NCBI GenBank assembly: GCA_045650045.1
Contig: JAZRQU010000075.1
Location: 32,043 to 96,042 of the forward strand
Origin: Candidatus Egerieisoma sp.
GTDB taxonomy: Bacteria > Bacteroidota > Bacteroidia > Bacteroidales > UBA932
Length of the DNA: 64,000 nucleotides
Reading direction: 5' to 3'
This document shows positions 37,388 to 46,819 of the stretch, in pieces (the stretch's first letter is position 1; every line of letters starts with the position of its first letter). The position numbers and the translations under genes were made by a program. The notes under the pieces were generated by a model. The model worked only from the letters and a program-made list of their open reading frames with translations. It ran no database searches and was not told the origin of the DNA.

Positions 37388-38314
37388 CTATTTCTTTTTC
37401 CGTGTTGTGGTAATGGGGAACAATTCATCCAAAATACGTTCATCTATTTTTAGTATCCTCATAATCTGAGCATTGCTGGCATTGTAATCATACTTCATTA
37501 GCTTAGCTACATCCAATTTGTCATTTTTACCCAGCAATGAAGGATTTTTCATATCATACTTTTTTGCACAATGGCTGAAGATTGCGGCATATATCTCTTC
37601 ATCCGTGTAAAATATTGAATCACCCAACTCTCTGGCGATCTGCGAATAAGACTCTATCTGTCGGGAAATTGAACTGAAATAGTGTCTGGCGTCTCTAAAA
37701 AGGTTTTCTGCCAATTTAATATGACAGAAAGATGCTGGCGAGAAGTATCCCTGCGCTGGCAGAAATTTCAAATTTCCATTCAACCGGTATTCCCTGCATC
37801 TGAAAATTGATCTGATCTTTGAAATACTGAGTTCAGATATATCAATAGAAGTTTCCAGTTCACGGATTGGATTGAAAAAGTAACTATTGGCACCCCATGG
37901 ATAAGAAAACGGGGTGCTGTTTTTATCAACTAGATATCCGTTTCTATTTACATAACAAATAACAGCTTGCAAATGTCTTAAATCAGTAATTCTAAAGTGC
38001 TTGAACGATAATCCTTTCATATCTGAAACCCTTTCCTGCAACGACAAATATCTATGAAGTTTTTTAGTGAGAAAATTGACAAACCTATCCATCACCTCCT
38101 CCTCACACGCAACAACAAAATGAAAATGATTGCTCATTACTTCAAAGGTGAGCATTTTCATTTCATCAATTAAATTTACAGCAGACAAAGCAACCATATT
38201 CATCCCATAAACCAATTCATCTTTTGTCCTGAAAATGGCACTTTGATGTACTCCCGACGAACACAAATGCCATACAGGTCCCAACTCATAAAATTCATAC
38301 TCCTGCGGTGTCAT
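37388..38314 (-). CDS. IS200/IS605-TnpA-like HUH Y1 transposase homologue, REP-associated tyrosine transposase (RAYT)-like, with ~100-aa C-terminal extension
   Basis: HUH motif in SNHFHFVVACEE; ICYVNRNGYLVDKNSTPFSYPWGANSYFF resembles the Y..N(P)...YPWSS block of RAYTs. No tnpB partner. Flanked by inverted 52-bp arrays. Confidence 0.7.
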   Translation of the reverse strand: MTPQEYEFYELGPVWHLCSSGVHQSAIFRTKDELVYGMNMVALSAVNLIDEMKMLTFEVMSNHFHFVVACEEEVMDRFVNFLTKKLHRYLSLQERVSDMKGLSFKHFRITDLRHLQAVICYVNRNGYLVDKNSTPFSYPWGANSYFFNPIRELETSIDISELSISKIRSIFRCREYRLNGNLKFLPAQGYFSPASFCHIKLAENLFRDARHYFSSISRQIESYSQIARELGDSIFYTDEEIYAAIFSHCAKKYDMKNPSLLGKNDKLDVAKLMKYDYNASNAQIMRILKIDERILDELFPITTTRKKK

Positions 38315-38457
38315 AACAATTAAATTTAAGTTTCCGCAATACTAACTCCATATTTCCGAATATTAAAGTAAATGAGTAAAATCTTTTTTAGGAAAAAGAA
38401 AAACTTTCAGTGTTGCACTCTTTTTAAAAACAGCAATTTTTGAAAAAAGAAAAATTT

Positions 38458-38613
38458 CTGGATACATTGTGGTGAAATATCCTGAAAAATACCATAATTC
38501 CGGGAGAAAATGGTTCGGCGGTGGGGAAACATCCTGGTTTTGGGGGTAAATCCGGGAGAAAACGCTGCCACACAAAAAATGTCCTGGACAGCAATGCAAA
38601 TCCAGGACAAATA
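38458..38613 (-). repeat. 52-bp tandem repeat array 5 (3 units, reverse orientation; unit starts 38458, 38510, 38562)
   Basis: Units end in CCGGGAGAAA (38509, 38561) and CCAGGACAAATA (38613), with exact 52-bp register. Confidence 0.9.
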
Positions 38614-38654
38614 TCTTCAAGTAGGAAACCTCATCACTTGAGGCGTCACATATA

Positions 38655-40037
38655 CTATTTGCAAACCATTATATCAAGAATCATCTTGTCGGTGGTTTGC
38701 ATACCTTCGGCACCGATGCGGCCGAGGTTGCAGATGGTCTTCTCAATGCAGTCTTCAATGATACCGTCATTGGAAGAGATGCAGATGTTGTCCATTGCAA
38801 GGACGGCAGCCTGGATTGAAGAAGAAACACCGGAAGCAACTTTAAGGGCGCAGCCTACTTTTGCGCCGTCACAAACCATACCGGTGATGTTTCCTACCAT
38901 GTTCTTGATAGCAGAGCAAACTTGCTCATAACCACCTCCGTGAAGGTAAACAATACCACAAGACGAGCCGGTAGAAGCAATAACACAGCCGCACAAAGCG
39001 GAGAGCTTGCCAAGATAGCCTTTAATGTGGATGGCAATCAGGTGGCTCAACACAAGAGCGCGGGCCAGTTTCTCCTGGGAAACCCCCATCTTCTCGGCAA
39101 CTGCTATAACAGGCATTGTAACTGTAATTCCCTGGTTACCGCTGCCAGAGTTACTCATTGCAGGAAGGGTACAACCGGCCATTCTGGCATCTGAAGCAGC
39201 CGCTGTAGCAGCCATTGCGTAAGTCATTATAGATGAGCCAAAAACAGAAGCATGTTCAGAAGCAAGAATAGTCTTGCCAACCTTCAAACCGTAATCATTA
39301 CTCAAACCAGCCTCGGCTAACGCTTTGTTAAGTTTAACAGAATCCAGGATGAACTCAATATTCTCAAAAGAAGCCTCCTGTGCAAACTGAAGAATCTCCT
39401 TCACCGACAATTTATAATCCAATGTGGTCTTCTCCACAGGAGCAACCTCCCCTCCTACTGCAGTGCATGCAGAACCGGCACAATTGAGTGGGTTGATATG
39501 TGAATGGTCAAGCAAAGAAACACCGTCACGAACTACAGAAATGATTGAATCGTGATTGTTGGCAATCTCTGTCATTGCATAATGGGCAGGTTCAATAAGA
39601 CAATTCTGAGCACCAGCAGCACCAGCAGGCAATCCAGAATAAGCAGTAGCCTTAATATAAAGTTTCAATTGAGTATCAGCCAATACCACTTTAATGGCAC
39701 CAGCGTCAACCATTGCTTTTGCAGCATCAATTGCCTCTGGAGTAAGATCCTTCAAAACCTCCAGACCATAAGAGCTACGGCCACAAGTAACCGCCAATGC
39801 AGCAGCAATATGCAAGCCAACCATTCCGGTGCCGGGAATACCCACTCCCATACCGTTTTTAAGGATGTTTGCTGAAACCTCCACAACCACATTGCCAACC
39901 TCTGAACCAATTTCCTTCAAAGCTTCACAAGAACGGGCAACGGCCAAGGAAACGGCAATTGGCTCGGTACAGCCCAAAGCAGGTTTAACCTCTTTCTTAA
40001 TCAGTTCAATTATTTCAAGTTCTCTCTGTAAATCCAT
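38655..40037 (-). CDS. L-cysteine desulfidase family protein (UPF0597 / serine dehydratase alpha-like)
   Basis: N-terminal signature KPALGCTEPIAVSLAVA and glycine-rich C-terminal half; 460 aa. Confidence 0.75.
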   Translation of the reverse strand: MDLQRELEIIELIKKEVKPALGCTEPIAVSLAVARSCEALKEIGSEVGNVVVEVSANILKNGMGVGIPGTGMVGLHIAAALAVTCGRSSYGLEVLKDLTPEAIDAAKAMVDAGAIKVVLADTQLKLYIKATAYSGLPAGAAGAQNCLIEPAHYAMTEIANNHDSIISVVRDGVSLLDHSHINPLNCAGSACTAVGGEVAPVEKTTLDYKLSVKEILQFAQEASFENIEFILDSVKLNKALAEAGLSNDYGLKVGKTILASEHASVFGSSIMTYAMAATAAASDARMAGCTLPAMSNSGSGNQGITVTMPVIAVAEKMGVSQEKLARALVLSHLIAIHIKGYLGKLSALCGCVIASTGSSCGIVYLHGGGYEQVCSAIKNMVGNITGMVCDGAKVGCALKVASGVSSSIQAAVLAMDNICISSNDGIIEDCIEKTICNLGRIGAEGMQTTDKMILDIMVCK

Positions 40038-40054
40038 AATTCAAAAAAATAATA

Positions 40055-40088
40055 TTCCCGACAGAAATCTGAAAAAATCTGTCGGGAA
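40055..40088. terminator. 11-bp perfect palindromic hairpin TTCCCGACAGA-N12-TCTGTCGGGAA, 11 nt after the stop of the 1004-aa gene (CTGTCGGG motif family)
   Basis: Arms at 40055-40065 and 40078-40088. A T-rich run follows on the minus strand. Confidence 0.65.
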
Positions 40089-40098
40089 AACATTTATA

Positions 40099-43000
40099 TT
40101 ACTCTTGCTCAAAGAATTTCAAAATAGCACCAAACAAATCCTTATGATTGAAAGATCTCACAGCTTCAATTGGGAAGCCAAGACAAACTGTCTTATAGTC
40201 GCCTTTGTAGGCAACACCAGCAGAAATATTATTGTCTTTATATCTGAAGATTGTAAATGCCTCTTTGCAAGCAGGAACAAGTGCATCCGGTGACTCAACG
40301 CAGTAAAAATTTTCGTTAAGTATCTGACAGAAAGCAGTACCTTTTGCTTTTATGTATGGATTTGGAGCAGGATACACTAATCCGGATTTTGAAGCATATT
40401 CTGTCATCCATTTGTATTTAAGTACATCTTTGGCAAAATTCATACCCTCCTCTGTTACACCTGGAGCATCAAACAAGTCTGTAGCAATGTTGGCACCTGA
40501 AACAAGAAGGTTTCCTCCAGCCTCACAGAACTCCCTGATCTCTTTCTGAAGTGCAACAGGGAATACCTCATACTTGTAACCGTAAACGCCTCGGCCAACA
40601 ACAGTCTTGCCCTGTTTACCCATAATCATATCAACAATCTTGTAGTTGTTCATATCAACTTTTCCGGCTTTTACAGCACCTACTGAAGAAGAAACAAAGC
40701 TGTAACCGTTCTCCATAATTGCTTTACCATGGTCGTATGGATAATTGAAAGTATTTCCTGCTATAACATTATCCTCAAAATCTGAATAAGAAGCACCAAA
40801 TCCTGGAGCATCGTCATCCATCCATGGAACCTCACGGCGGAACTCGTGCATATCACCAATATAAGACCAGTCTGCTTTATATGGAACTCCTCTGTCCTTG
40901 ATATTGTTGAAACCTGCAAAAGTAGAATCGTTCTTCTCAAATACTGCAGGACCTGCAACTCTCTCAAAACCGTTCACAACCATAACCGGAAGTTTGCCTG
41001 CGGTAACTGCTACTGAAGAAACTCCAACTGAAAGCTCCTCTGAAGGGAATGAAGCACCACCGTCGTTCACAGCTACAACCTTATAGCTGTAGATGCAGTC
41101 TGGAGAAATTGGGAATACTGCTGTTGTATCTTTAACAAGAACACCATTATCAAATGCAGTATTATTCTTCATAGTGTACACAACATATGCAGTTGGCTCT
41201 GCTGTAGGCTCTGAAGGATCAGAAACCGGACTCCAAGAAAGCTTAACTGAATTATTGCCCTCAAGCTCTGCAGCAAAGTTCTTAACTGGAAGTGGCTGTA
41301 CAGTGTAAGGAAGGCCGCTGTCCATGCTTAAGTATTTAAGGATACCTTTATAGATTGCACGGCTCACTACAAAACGGTATGCTGGATCAAGACCATATGT
41401 CATATCAGCAAAGTTCTGGTGAGAAAGGTGCTCAAGGAGCATTGAAGGGACGTCGGGAGTACGTGACTCTGCATAAGAACGGTCCCATAGGCCTCTGCGG
41501 CTCCATTTAGGCTCAAAGGTTGCCCTTACATCATTAACAATCTCTGTCTGGATGATATCAGTCATCTCACGTGCACCCATTCTGCTCTTGCCATTAGGGT
41601 ATTTGTCCGAACCGTTTGAGTAACGTGTATAGATTGCAAGTGTACCTACAATGGAATCGTTAGGGAATGTACCTGCATCTGTATGGAATGCAAACGACAT
41701 GTCTACAGGAATGTTGTAACCCTCTGCATCCGGTTTAACTTTGCTGCCGCCAATAAGGGCATTCACCCAACGGCCACGGCTCATATAGTCGTCTGTATAA
41801 TCGTTCTTAAGATTTGTGTATGAGTAGATTGAATCAGCAAAACCGGCCCACTGCAACCAGTATCTTGCACCCTCAGTAAATCTTGGGTAACCGCTGGTAA
41901 CTGCCTCCACATTATAAGGTCTCTCCTGGGTAGGTTTTCTGGCAATGTTACCCATGCCGCCGCCAAACTTAACAGCGTCTGCAGTAACAGCAACACCTTC
42001 TTTGGTGCTCAAGTTGGTAAGGTAAACTCCCTCTTCAGTATTATTGTTGGAGAACTCAAAAGTACCAAGATAAATCCAGGTGCCGCCACCCATTTTCTGG
42101 TTAACCTTGAACTGGGTCTCACCACCTTTATGTTTAACAGTATAAAGAGCAGCTTCAGTACTGTTAGGCAAAGATTTGTAAGAAACATAAACAGCACACT
42201 CCTTGCCATTGAAATATTTTTTTGGGATCCATTTTGCAACACTCTCAACCGGCTGTTTTTTGCCTTTGGCAACAACTCCCTCTACAACTCTGTAAGTACC
42301 CATTGTGAAAGGGTTCTCACCATGCTCATAGCTCTTTTTAGGATTTGCAAAACCAACTTCACCTCTCTCCCACTGTTTGCTTCCCGACAGTTCCTCAAAA
42401 CCTCCCATCAATTTGTCATTGTCTACAATATACTCAAAGGTATTGATATCCCTCTCCCTTGGAAGAAGCACATTTGCACCTGCATTCTCCAACATTGGAA
42501 CCAAGAAAGGAACAACGTAGCTCTGGGTATAAAGGTCCTCTACAGTCTGAAGGATACGTGCCCTCTGCCACTCCCATCTCTCCAAAGACTGCTCATAGTA
42601 CCAGCCGTGGCTCTGCCACAAGGCAAGGTGGCGTCCGTTAAGGCCGTAAGTAACTTCGTATGGAAGAGACATGTTCTGAACCAAGATCTGTGGAGCAGCC
42701 TTTGACTTCTTCACTTTCTTTGGTTTTGCAGGCATCTTGTAAGAATCAGAGTAGAATTTGGATGCAAGCTCCTCTAGGGTTGATCCGTTTGCATGCAGGG
42801 TAACTTTCTTTCCTTTATAGCTGTCGGGAAGAAGTGCAGCTGCAATGCTGTACATATCTTTAACGGTGTTATCCCTGAAGAAGTAGTCACTGGTTCTTGA
42901 TGTAAGGTGGATATCAATATTGTTGCCGTTGATTACTGCAGAGTCTACTGCAACATTTACAACAATAGATGCAACCGGTGCCAGATAGGCATCCAGTGAA

Positions 43001-43113
43001 TCAGAAAGTTTTGCAAAGGCTTCCTTATCCTTTACAACTGTCTGTGCCTGCGCTGCTCCAAAAAAAGTGAGCATTGCGGCCGCAAATAGGGATAATTTTT
43101 TTAGAAACATCAT
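40099..43113 (-). CDS. Large exported multidomain protein: MurNAc-L-Ala amidase (Amidase_3)-like region, Fn3-like domain, unknown C-terminal domain
   Basis: Signal peptide ...AQA|Q. LALWQSHGWYY ... LENAGANVLLPRERD ... SFAFHTDAG resemble the zinc-ligand pattern of the amidase_3 fold. An Fn3-like SVKLSWSPVSDP...YSYKVVAVNDGG segment follows. The function call is tentative. Confidence 0.5.
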   Translation of the reverse strand: MMFLKKLSLFAAAMLTFFGAAQAQTVVKDKEAFAKLSDSLDAYLAPVASIVVNVAVDSAVINGNNIDIHLTSRTSDYFFRDNTVKDMYSIAAALLPDSYKGKKVTLHANGSTLEELASKFYSDSYKMPAKPKKVKKSKAAPQILVQNMSLPYEVTYGLNGRHLALWQSHGWYYEQSLERWEWQRARILQTVEDLYTQSYVVPFLVPMLENAGANVLLPRERDINTFEYIVDNDKLMGGFEELSGSKQWERGEVGFANPKKSYEHGENPFTMGTYRVVEGVVAKGKKQPVESVAKWIPKKYFNGKECAVYVSYKSLPNSTEAALYTVKHKGGETQFKVNQKMGGGTWIYLGTFEFSNNNTEEGVYLTNLSTKEGVAVTADAVKFGGGMGNIARKPTQERPYNVEAVTSGYPRFTEGARYWLQWAGFADSIYSYTNLKNDYTDDYMSRGRWVNALIGGSKVKPDAEGYNIPVDMSFAFHTDAGTFPNDSIVGTLAIYTRYSNGSDKYPNGKSRMGAREMTDIIQTEIVNDVRATFEPKWSRRGLWDRSYAESRTPDVPSMLLEHLSHQNFADMTYGLDPAYRFVVSRAIYKGILKYLSMDSGLPYTVQPLPVKNFAAELEGNNSVKLSWSPVSDPSEPTAEPTAYVVYTMKNNTAFDNGVLVKDTTAVFPISPDCIYSYKVVAVNDGGASFPSEELSVGVSSVAVTAGKLPVMVVNGFERVAGPAVFEKNDSTFAGFNNIKDRGVPYKADWSYIGDMHEFRREVPWMDDDAPGFGASYSDFEDNVIAGNTFNYPYDHGKAIMENGYSFVSSSVGAVKAGKVDMNNYKIVDMIMGKQGKTVVGRGVYGYKYEVFPVALQKEIREFCEAGGNLLVSGANIATDLFDAPGVTEEGMNFAKDVLKYKWMTEYASKSGLVYPAPNPYIKAKGTAFCQILNENFYCVESPDALVPACKEAFTIFRYKDNNISAGVAYKGDYKTVCLGFPIEAVRSFNHKDLFGAILKFFEQE

Positions 43114-43160
43114 TTTTTACTATTAAATTTGTGCAAATGTAACAAAAAAATACACACACT

Positions 43161-44144
43161 ATGGAAAAATTGGCATTGGCTAACCTCCCTACCAAGATTG
43201 AGAAACTTGAGAGACTTTCTGATGAGTGGGGAACTAACCTTTTTATTAAAAGAGACGACCATACCGGATCTGAGATTTCAGGCAATAAAGTGAGAAAGCT
43301 GGAGTACCTTGCAAAAGATGCACAGGACAACGGATATAACCTGCTTATTACCTGCGGCGGCATACAGAGTAACCACTGCCGTGCAACCGTTGCAGTAGCA
43401 ACCAAACTTGGCATGAAGAGCGCCGTGCTTCTAAGAATTGACGCACAGCCACCAGTAGTTGGAAACTACTTCCTCGACAAACTTATGGGCGCAGACGTAA
43501 AATTCTGTACCAGACCTGAGTACAGCAACAGCCGCGCAGAGATTATGGAGGCAATGGCTGAGGAATACCGTACGCAGGGCTACAAACCATATGTGATTCC
43601 AGAGGGTGCATCAAACGAGATTGGAACCCTTGGATACTACAACTGTATGAACGAGATTGTTGCTCAGGAGAAAGAGATGGGCATCACTTTTGACACTGTA
43701 GTTGTTGCAACCGGTTCAGGTGGAACAGCAGCCGGTCTATACCTTGCAAACGAGCTTCACGGCTACGGCAAACGCGTTGTGAGCATGGCTGTATGTGATG
43801 ACGTTGCATACTTTACAGAAATCATTGACCGTATATCAAACGGAGCAAAAGCATACCTTCCTGAGTACAAGGATGCACAGTTGAATAAGGAGAACATTGA
43901 GGTAATTGACAAATATGTTGGACTTGGCTACGCTATCAGCCGTCCAGAGGAACTTGAGTTCATCAAACATGTTGCACGTACTGAGGCTGTTATCCTCGAC
44001 CCTGTATACACCGGAAAAGCAATGTACGGCGTATACAACGAGCTTAAAGAGGGTGGCGCACTGGTTGGCAGCAAAAACATCCTCTTCATCCACACCGGCG
44101 GAATGTTCGGCCTGTTCCCTGTAAGCGAGCAGTTTGAGTGGTAA
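43161..44144 (+). CDS. PLP-dependent D-cysteine desulfhydrase / ACC deaminase family protein
   Basis: GNKVRKLEYL (PLP lysine motif) and GSGGTAAGL glycine loop; 327 aa. Confidence 0.8.
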   Translation: MEKLALANLPTKIEKLERLSDEWGTNLFIKRDDHTGSEISGNKVRKLEYLAKDAQDNGYNLLITCGGIQSNHCRATVAVATKLGMKSAVLLRIDAQPPVVGNYFLDKLMGADVKFCTRPEYSNSRAEIMEAMAEEYRTQGYKPYVIPEGASNEIGTLGYYNCMNEIVAQEKEMGITFDTVVVATGSGGTAAGLYLANELHGYGKRVVSMAVCDDVAYFTEIIDRISNGAKAYLPEYKDAQLNKENIEVIDKYVGLGYAISRPEELEFIKHVARTEAVILDPVYTGKAMYGVYNELKEGGALVGSKNILFIHTGGMFGLFPVSEQFEW

Positions 44145-44156
44145 AAGAAATGCCCC

Positions 44157-44187
44157 CCCCGCCAGAATAAACATTGTTCTGACGGGG
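44157..44187 (+). terminator. Terminator-like hairpin (CCCCGCCAGAA / TTCTGACGGGG) after the desulfhydrase gene
   Basis: Arms at 44157-44167 and 44177-44187 with one mismatch; T-rich sequence follows. The left arm is part of a C8 run. Confidence 0.5.
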
Positions 44188-44256
44188 TTATTATTTCATA
44201 TCAGCAACTTTTATAATAAATAAAATTTTATAACTTTGGCTGATATTACTTTTTGT

Positions 44257-45204
44257 ATGAAAACGGCATCTCATATATGTATTGCAATAATGGCATCAGC
44301 ATTGTTGTTTTTGTGTGGATGTACCCACAAAACTCTATGCTATGACCATAGCCATGTAAATGAGGTTGATGTGTATTTCGACTGGAGCAATGCACCAGAT
44401 GCCGAACCGGAATCTATGGGATTATTCTTATATCCGCAAGAAACAAAAAAACTGCTGCGATTCTCTTTTGGAAACCACCGAGGAGGCAAGGTGAGGTTGA
44501 AAAATGACATATACCATGCCATATGCATTAATGATAACACCAGGAACATTGCCACATTGAATATTAATGATTTCAATTCATTTGAAATAAACACAAAAGA
44601 CCAGGATGTGATTACTGGAATGGTAAGCCTCTCAACCAAATCCATTCCACGTGCAAAAGGAGCCGAAGAGGAAAGAATTGCAACATCACCCGAAATAGTC
44701 TGGAGCAACACTTCCACAGACAATGTGGTAAATATGTCCAACACCACAATTAGACTGCATCCAGAATGCAATGTAATAAAAAGTAGTGTAACTATAAACA
44801 ATGCTGAAAATTTAAGATGGGTAAAAAGTGTAAGTGCTACAATATCATCAATGGCTGGCGGTTATCTTCCGCAACACAAAAAACTTACAGAAGAGGAGGT
44901 AACATTAGTATTTGAATGTTCAACCAATCCCGACAAAAAACAAATAACAGGAAAACTAACCACATTCGGCTGTTGTCCATCTATAAAAAAGCAACACATA
45001 CTTACTATATACACAATATTGGCAGATGATACAAAATGGTACTACCAAATTGATGTAACAGACCAGGTACATGACAGAAAAGATCCATACAATATAATCA
45101 TAAACATAAACAAACTTCCTATACCAGAACCTGACCTTGGCAACGGAGGCTTCTCAGCAGGAGTTGACGAATGGAACGAAGTAATTTACGACATAAAAAT
45201 GTAA
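44257..45204 (+). CDS. Type V pilus anchor-like lipoprotein (Mfa2/FimB- or DUF5119-like), module 1
   Basis: ORF-track start 44236 is TTG; ATG at 44257 gives the lipobox LFLCGC. The C-terminal GNGGFSAGVDEW block is shared with the paralogue at 50695. A TAACTTTG -7 box lies at 44231-44238. Confidence 0.6.
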   Translation: MKTASHICIAIMASALLFLCGCTHKTLCYDHSHVNEVDVYFDWSNAPDAEPESMGLFLYPQETKKLLRFSFGNHRGGKVRLKNDIYHAICINDNTRNIATLNINDFNSFEINTKDQDVITGMVSLSTKSIPRAKGAEEERIATSPEIVWSNTSTDNVVNMSNTTIRLHPECNVIKSSVTINNAENLRWVKSVSATISSMAGGYLPQHKKLTEEEVTLVFECSTNPDKKQITGKLTTFGCCPSIKKQHILTIYTILADDTKWYYQIDVTDQVHDRKDPYNIIININKLPIPEPDLGNGGFSAGVDEWNEVIYDIKM

Positions 45205-45230
45205 ACAAAATATCAATAAAAAACATCCTT

Positions 45231-46796
45231 ATGAAAAAACTGTTAATCCTAGCAGGAATAGCCGGATCAATGGCTATTTCATCGTGTACCAAAGAACTGG
45301 TCACAACAGAAAACAAAGGCCGTCCAATTGATTTTTCAATAGTGGAAACCAAAGGTAAACCAGTAAGTGAGAATTATGACATTACAGACATTTTTGTAAC
45401 AGCATTTGATGAGAATGGTGCATACTGGTTTGAGAACAGCCACTTTGGAAGAAATGGTGATTATCTGTTCTCTGCAACAGACTATTACTGGCCTTCAAAC
45501 GGAAGTAACCTCTCATTTGTAGCATATGCTCCACAAGTAAACAACGCAAAAACAACAGCAATAATTACAGAGTCAAATATAACTGGACACCAGCTTACCG
45601 TTACAGACTTTACCCCTGATGAAAACATCAACAACCACATTGATTTCATAACATCTGAAGCAATTGGCAATGACACTGATGAGAGTGTAACCTTAAGCTT
45701 CAGGCACAGATTATCTAGAATAGCATTTACAGCTTTTGAGAACAATCAATATTCGTACGAAATAAAAGCTGTAAAAATTGCGAATGTATATGGAAAAGGA
45801 ACTTTTACACTATCATCATCTATCAATACAGATGAAAATCAAAACAAATATGTAACAGCTGGAAATTCTGCTTGGAATTTGTCGGATCAACCCAAAACCT
45901 CATACCAGCTGGAAATGAACAAAACAGTAACTTTATCTAATGGTATAACCCAATATCTGACTCTTAAAGATGTTGAAGAATATGTAGATAGCGACAACTA
46001 TAACGACGCAATGATTATTCCACAGACAGTTACAGTTTGGAATCCAGCAGAAACTAACAATAATGGTGCTTATATTGCAGCTTTAATTCAAATAAAATCA
46101 GAGAGTGGTGACCAGATTTATCCTGAAACCTCAGGCGGGTTCGGTTGGGTTGCTATACCTCTACCAGCTGACAATGAGGGTAAATTTACATTTGTAGAAG
46201 GAAATAAATACACATTTTCTCTTAATTTCACAAATGGTGCAGGTTATAAAGAGCCTGAGGGTGGTAATGTCAGCAATCCAGTGCTGGGTGATGGAATCAA
46301 ATTTGTGAAGGTTAAAGTAAATCCTTTTGATGAAAATTCAGAGAATGAAGCGAATATGCAGAAAGATCTTGAAGGAAGATGGCTTGCAAAAAAAGTTGAA
46401 GTAACATTCACTCCAAACAGTAATTTTAGTGATGGCCAATACGAACATGCACCATTCATAAAAGAAACAGAATCAGAGTTAAAAGAATGGTACAATAACA
46501 ATGGTTTCTACCAGTTCACTGTAGACCACAACTACAACATTTTCACTACAACTCCTTCGGGAGCAACAAGCAAATCTTCTTTCTATGTTAAAGAGGAAGT
46601 TGATGAGAATCAAAAAACGCATATGAAGATTTATCTTGAGGCATTCAAATACGGCAATAGTTATCAGATAGTGCCTGAGGTATACAGTTTGGACAGACAA
46701 AACAACACATGTATTATTTACTTACTTAATGAGAACTGGTATGCAGGAGAAGACAGGCACCAATATATGCACTACGAACTATTATCAAGCAATTAA
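45231..46796 (+). CDS. Fimbrillin-family lipoprotein (type V pilin-like), 521 aa with C-terminal extension
   Basis: ATG at 45231 with lipobox AISSCTKE. DYYWPSNGSNLSFVAYAP and LSFRHRLSRIAFTAF motifs are shared with the other pilin-like genes here. Confidence 0.65.
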   Translation: MKKLLILAGIAGSMAISSCTKELVTTENKGRPIDFSIVETKGKPVSENYDITDIFVTAFDENGAYWFENSHFGRNGDYLFSATDYYWPSNGSNLSFVAYAPQVNNAKTTAIITESNITGHQLTVTDFTPDENINNHIDFITSEAIGNDTDESVTLSFRHRLSRIAFTAFENNQYSYEIKAVKIANVYGKGTFTLSSSINTDENQNKYVTAGNSAWNLSDQPKTSYQLEMNKTVTLSNGITQYLTLKDVEEYVDSDNYNDAMIIPQTVTVWNPAETNNNGAYIAALIQIKSESGDQIYPETSGGFGWVAIPLPADNEGKFTFVEGNKYTFSLNFTNGAGYKEPEGGNVSNPVLGDGIKFVKVKVNPFDENSENEANMQKDLEGRWLAKKVEVTFTPNSNFSDGQYEHAPFIKETESELKEWYNNNGFYQFTVDHNYNIFTTTPSGATSKSSFYVKEEVDENQKTHMKIYLEAFKYGNSYQIVPEVYSLDRQNNTCIIYLLNENWYAGEDRHQYMHYELLSSN

Positions 46797-46819
46797 CAAG
46801 ATATACAGGAGGAGCTGAA

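Noticed and set aside
44153-44160. C8 homopolymer upstream of the first pilus module as a slipped-strand phase-variation switch
   Set aside because: The run forms the left arm of the terminator-like hairpin of the upstream desulfhydrase gene. It lies ~70 nt upstream of the putative -7 box rather than between promoter elements or inside a CDS, and there is no evidence of length heterogeneity from a single sequence.
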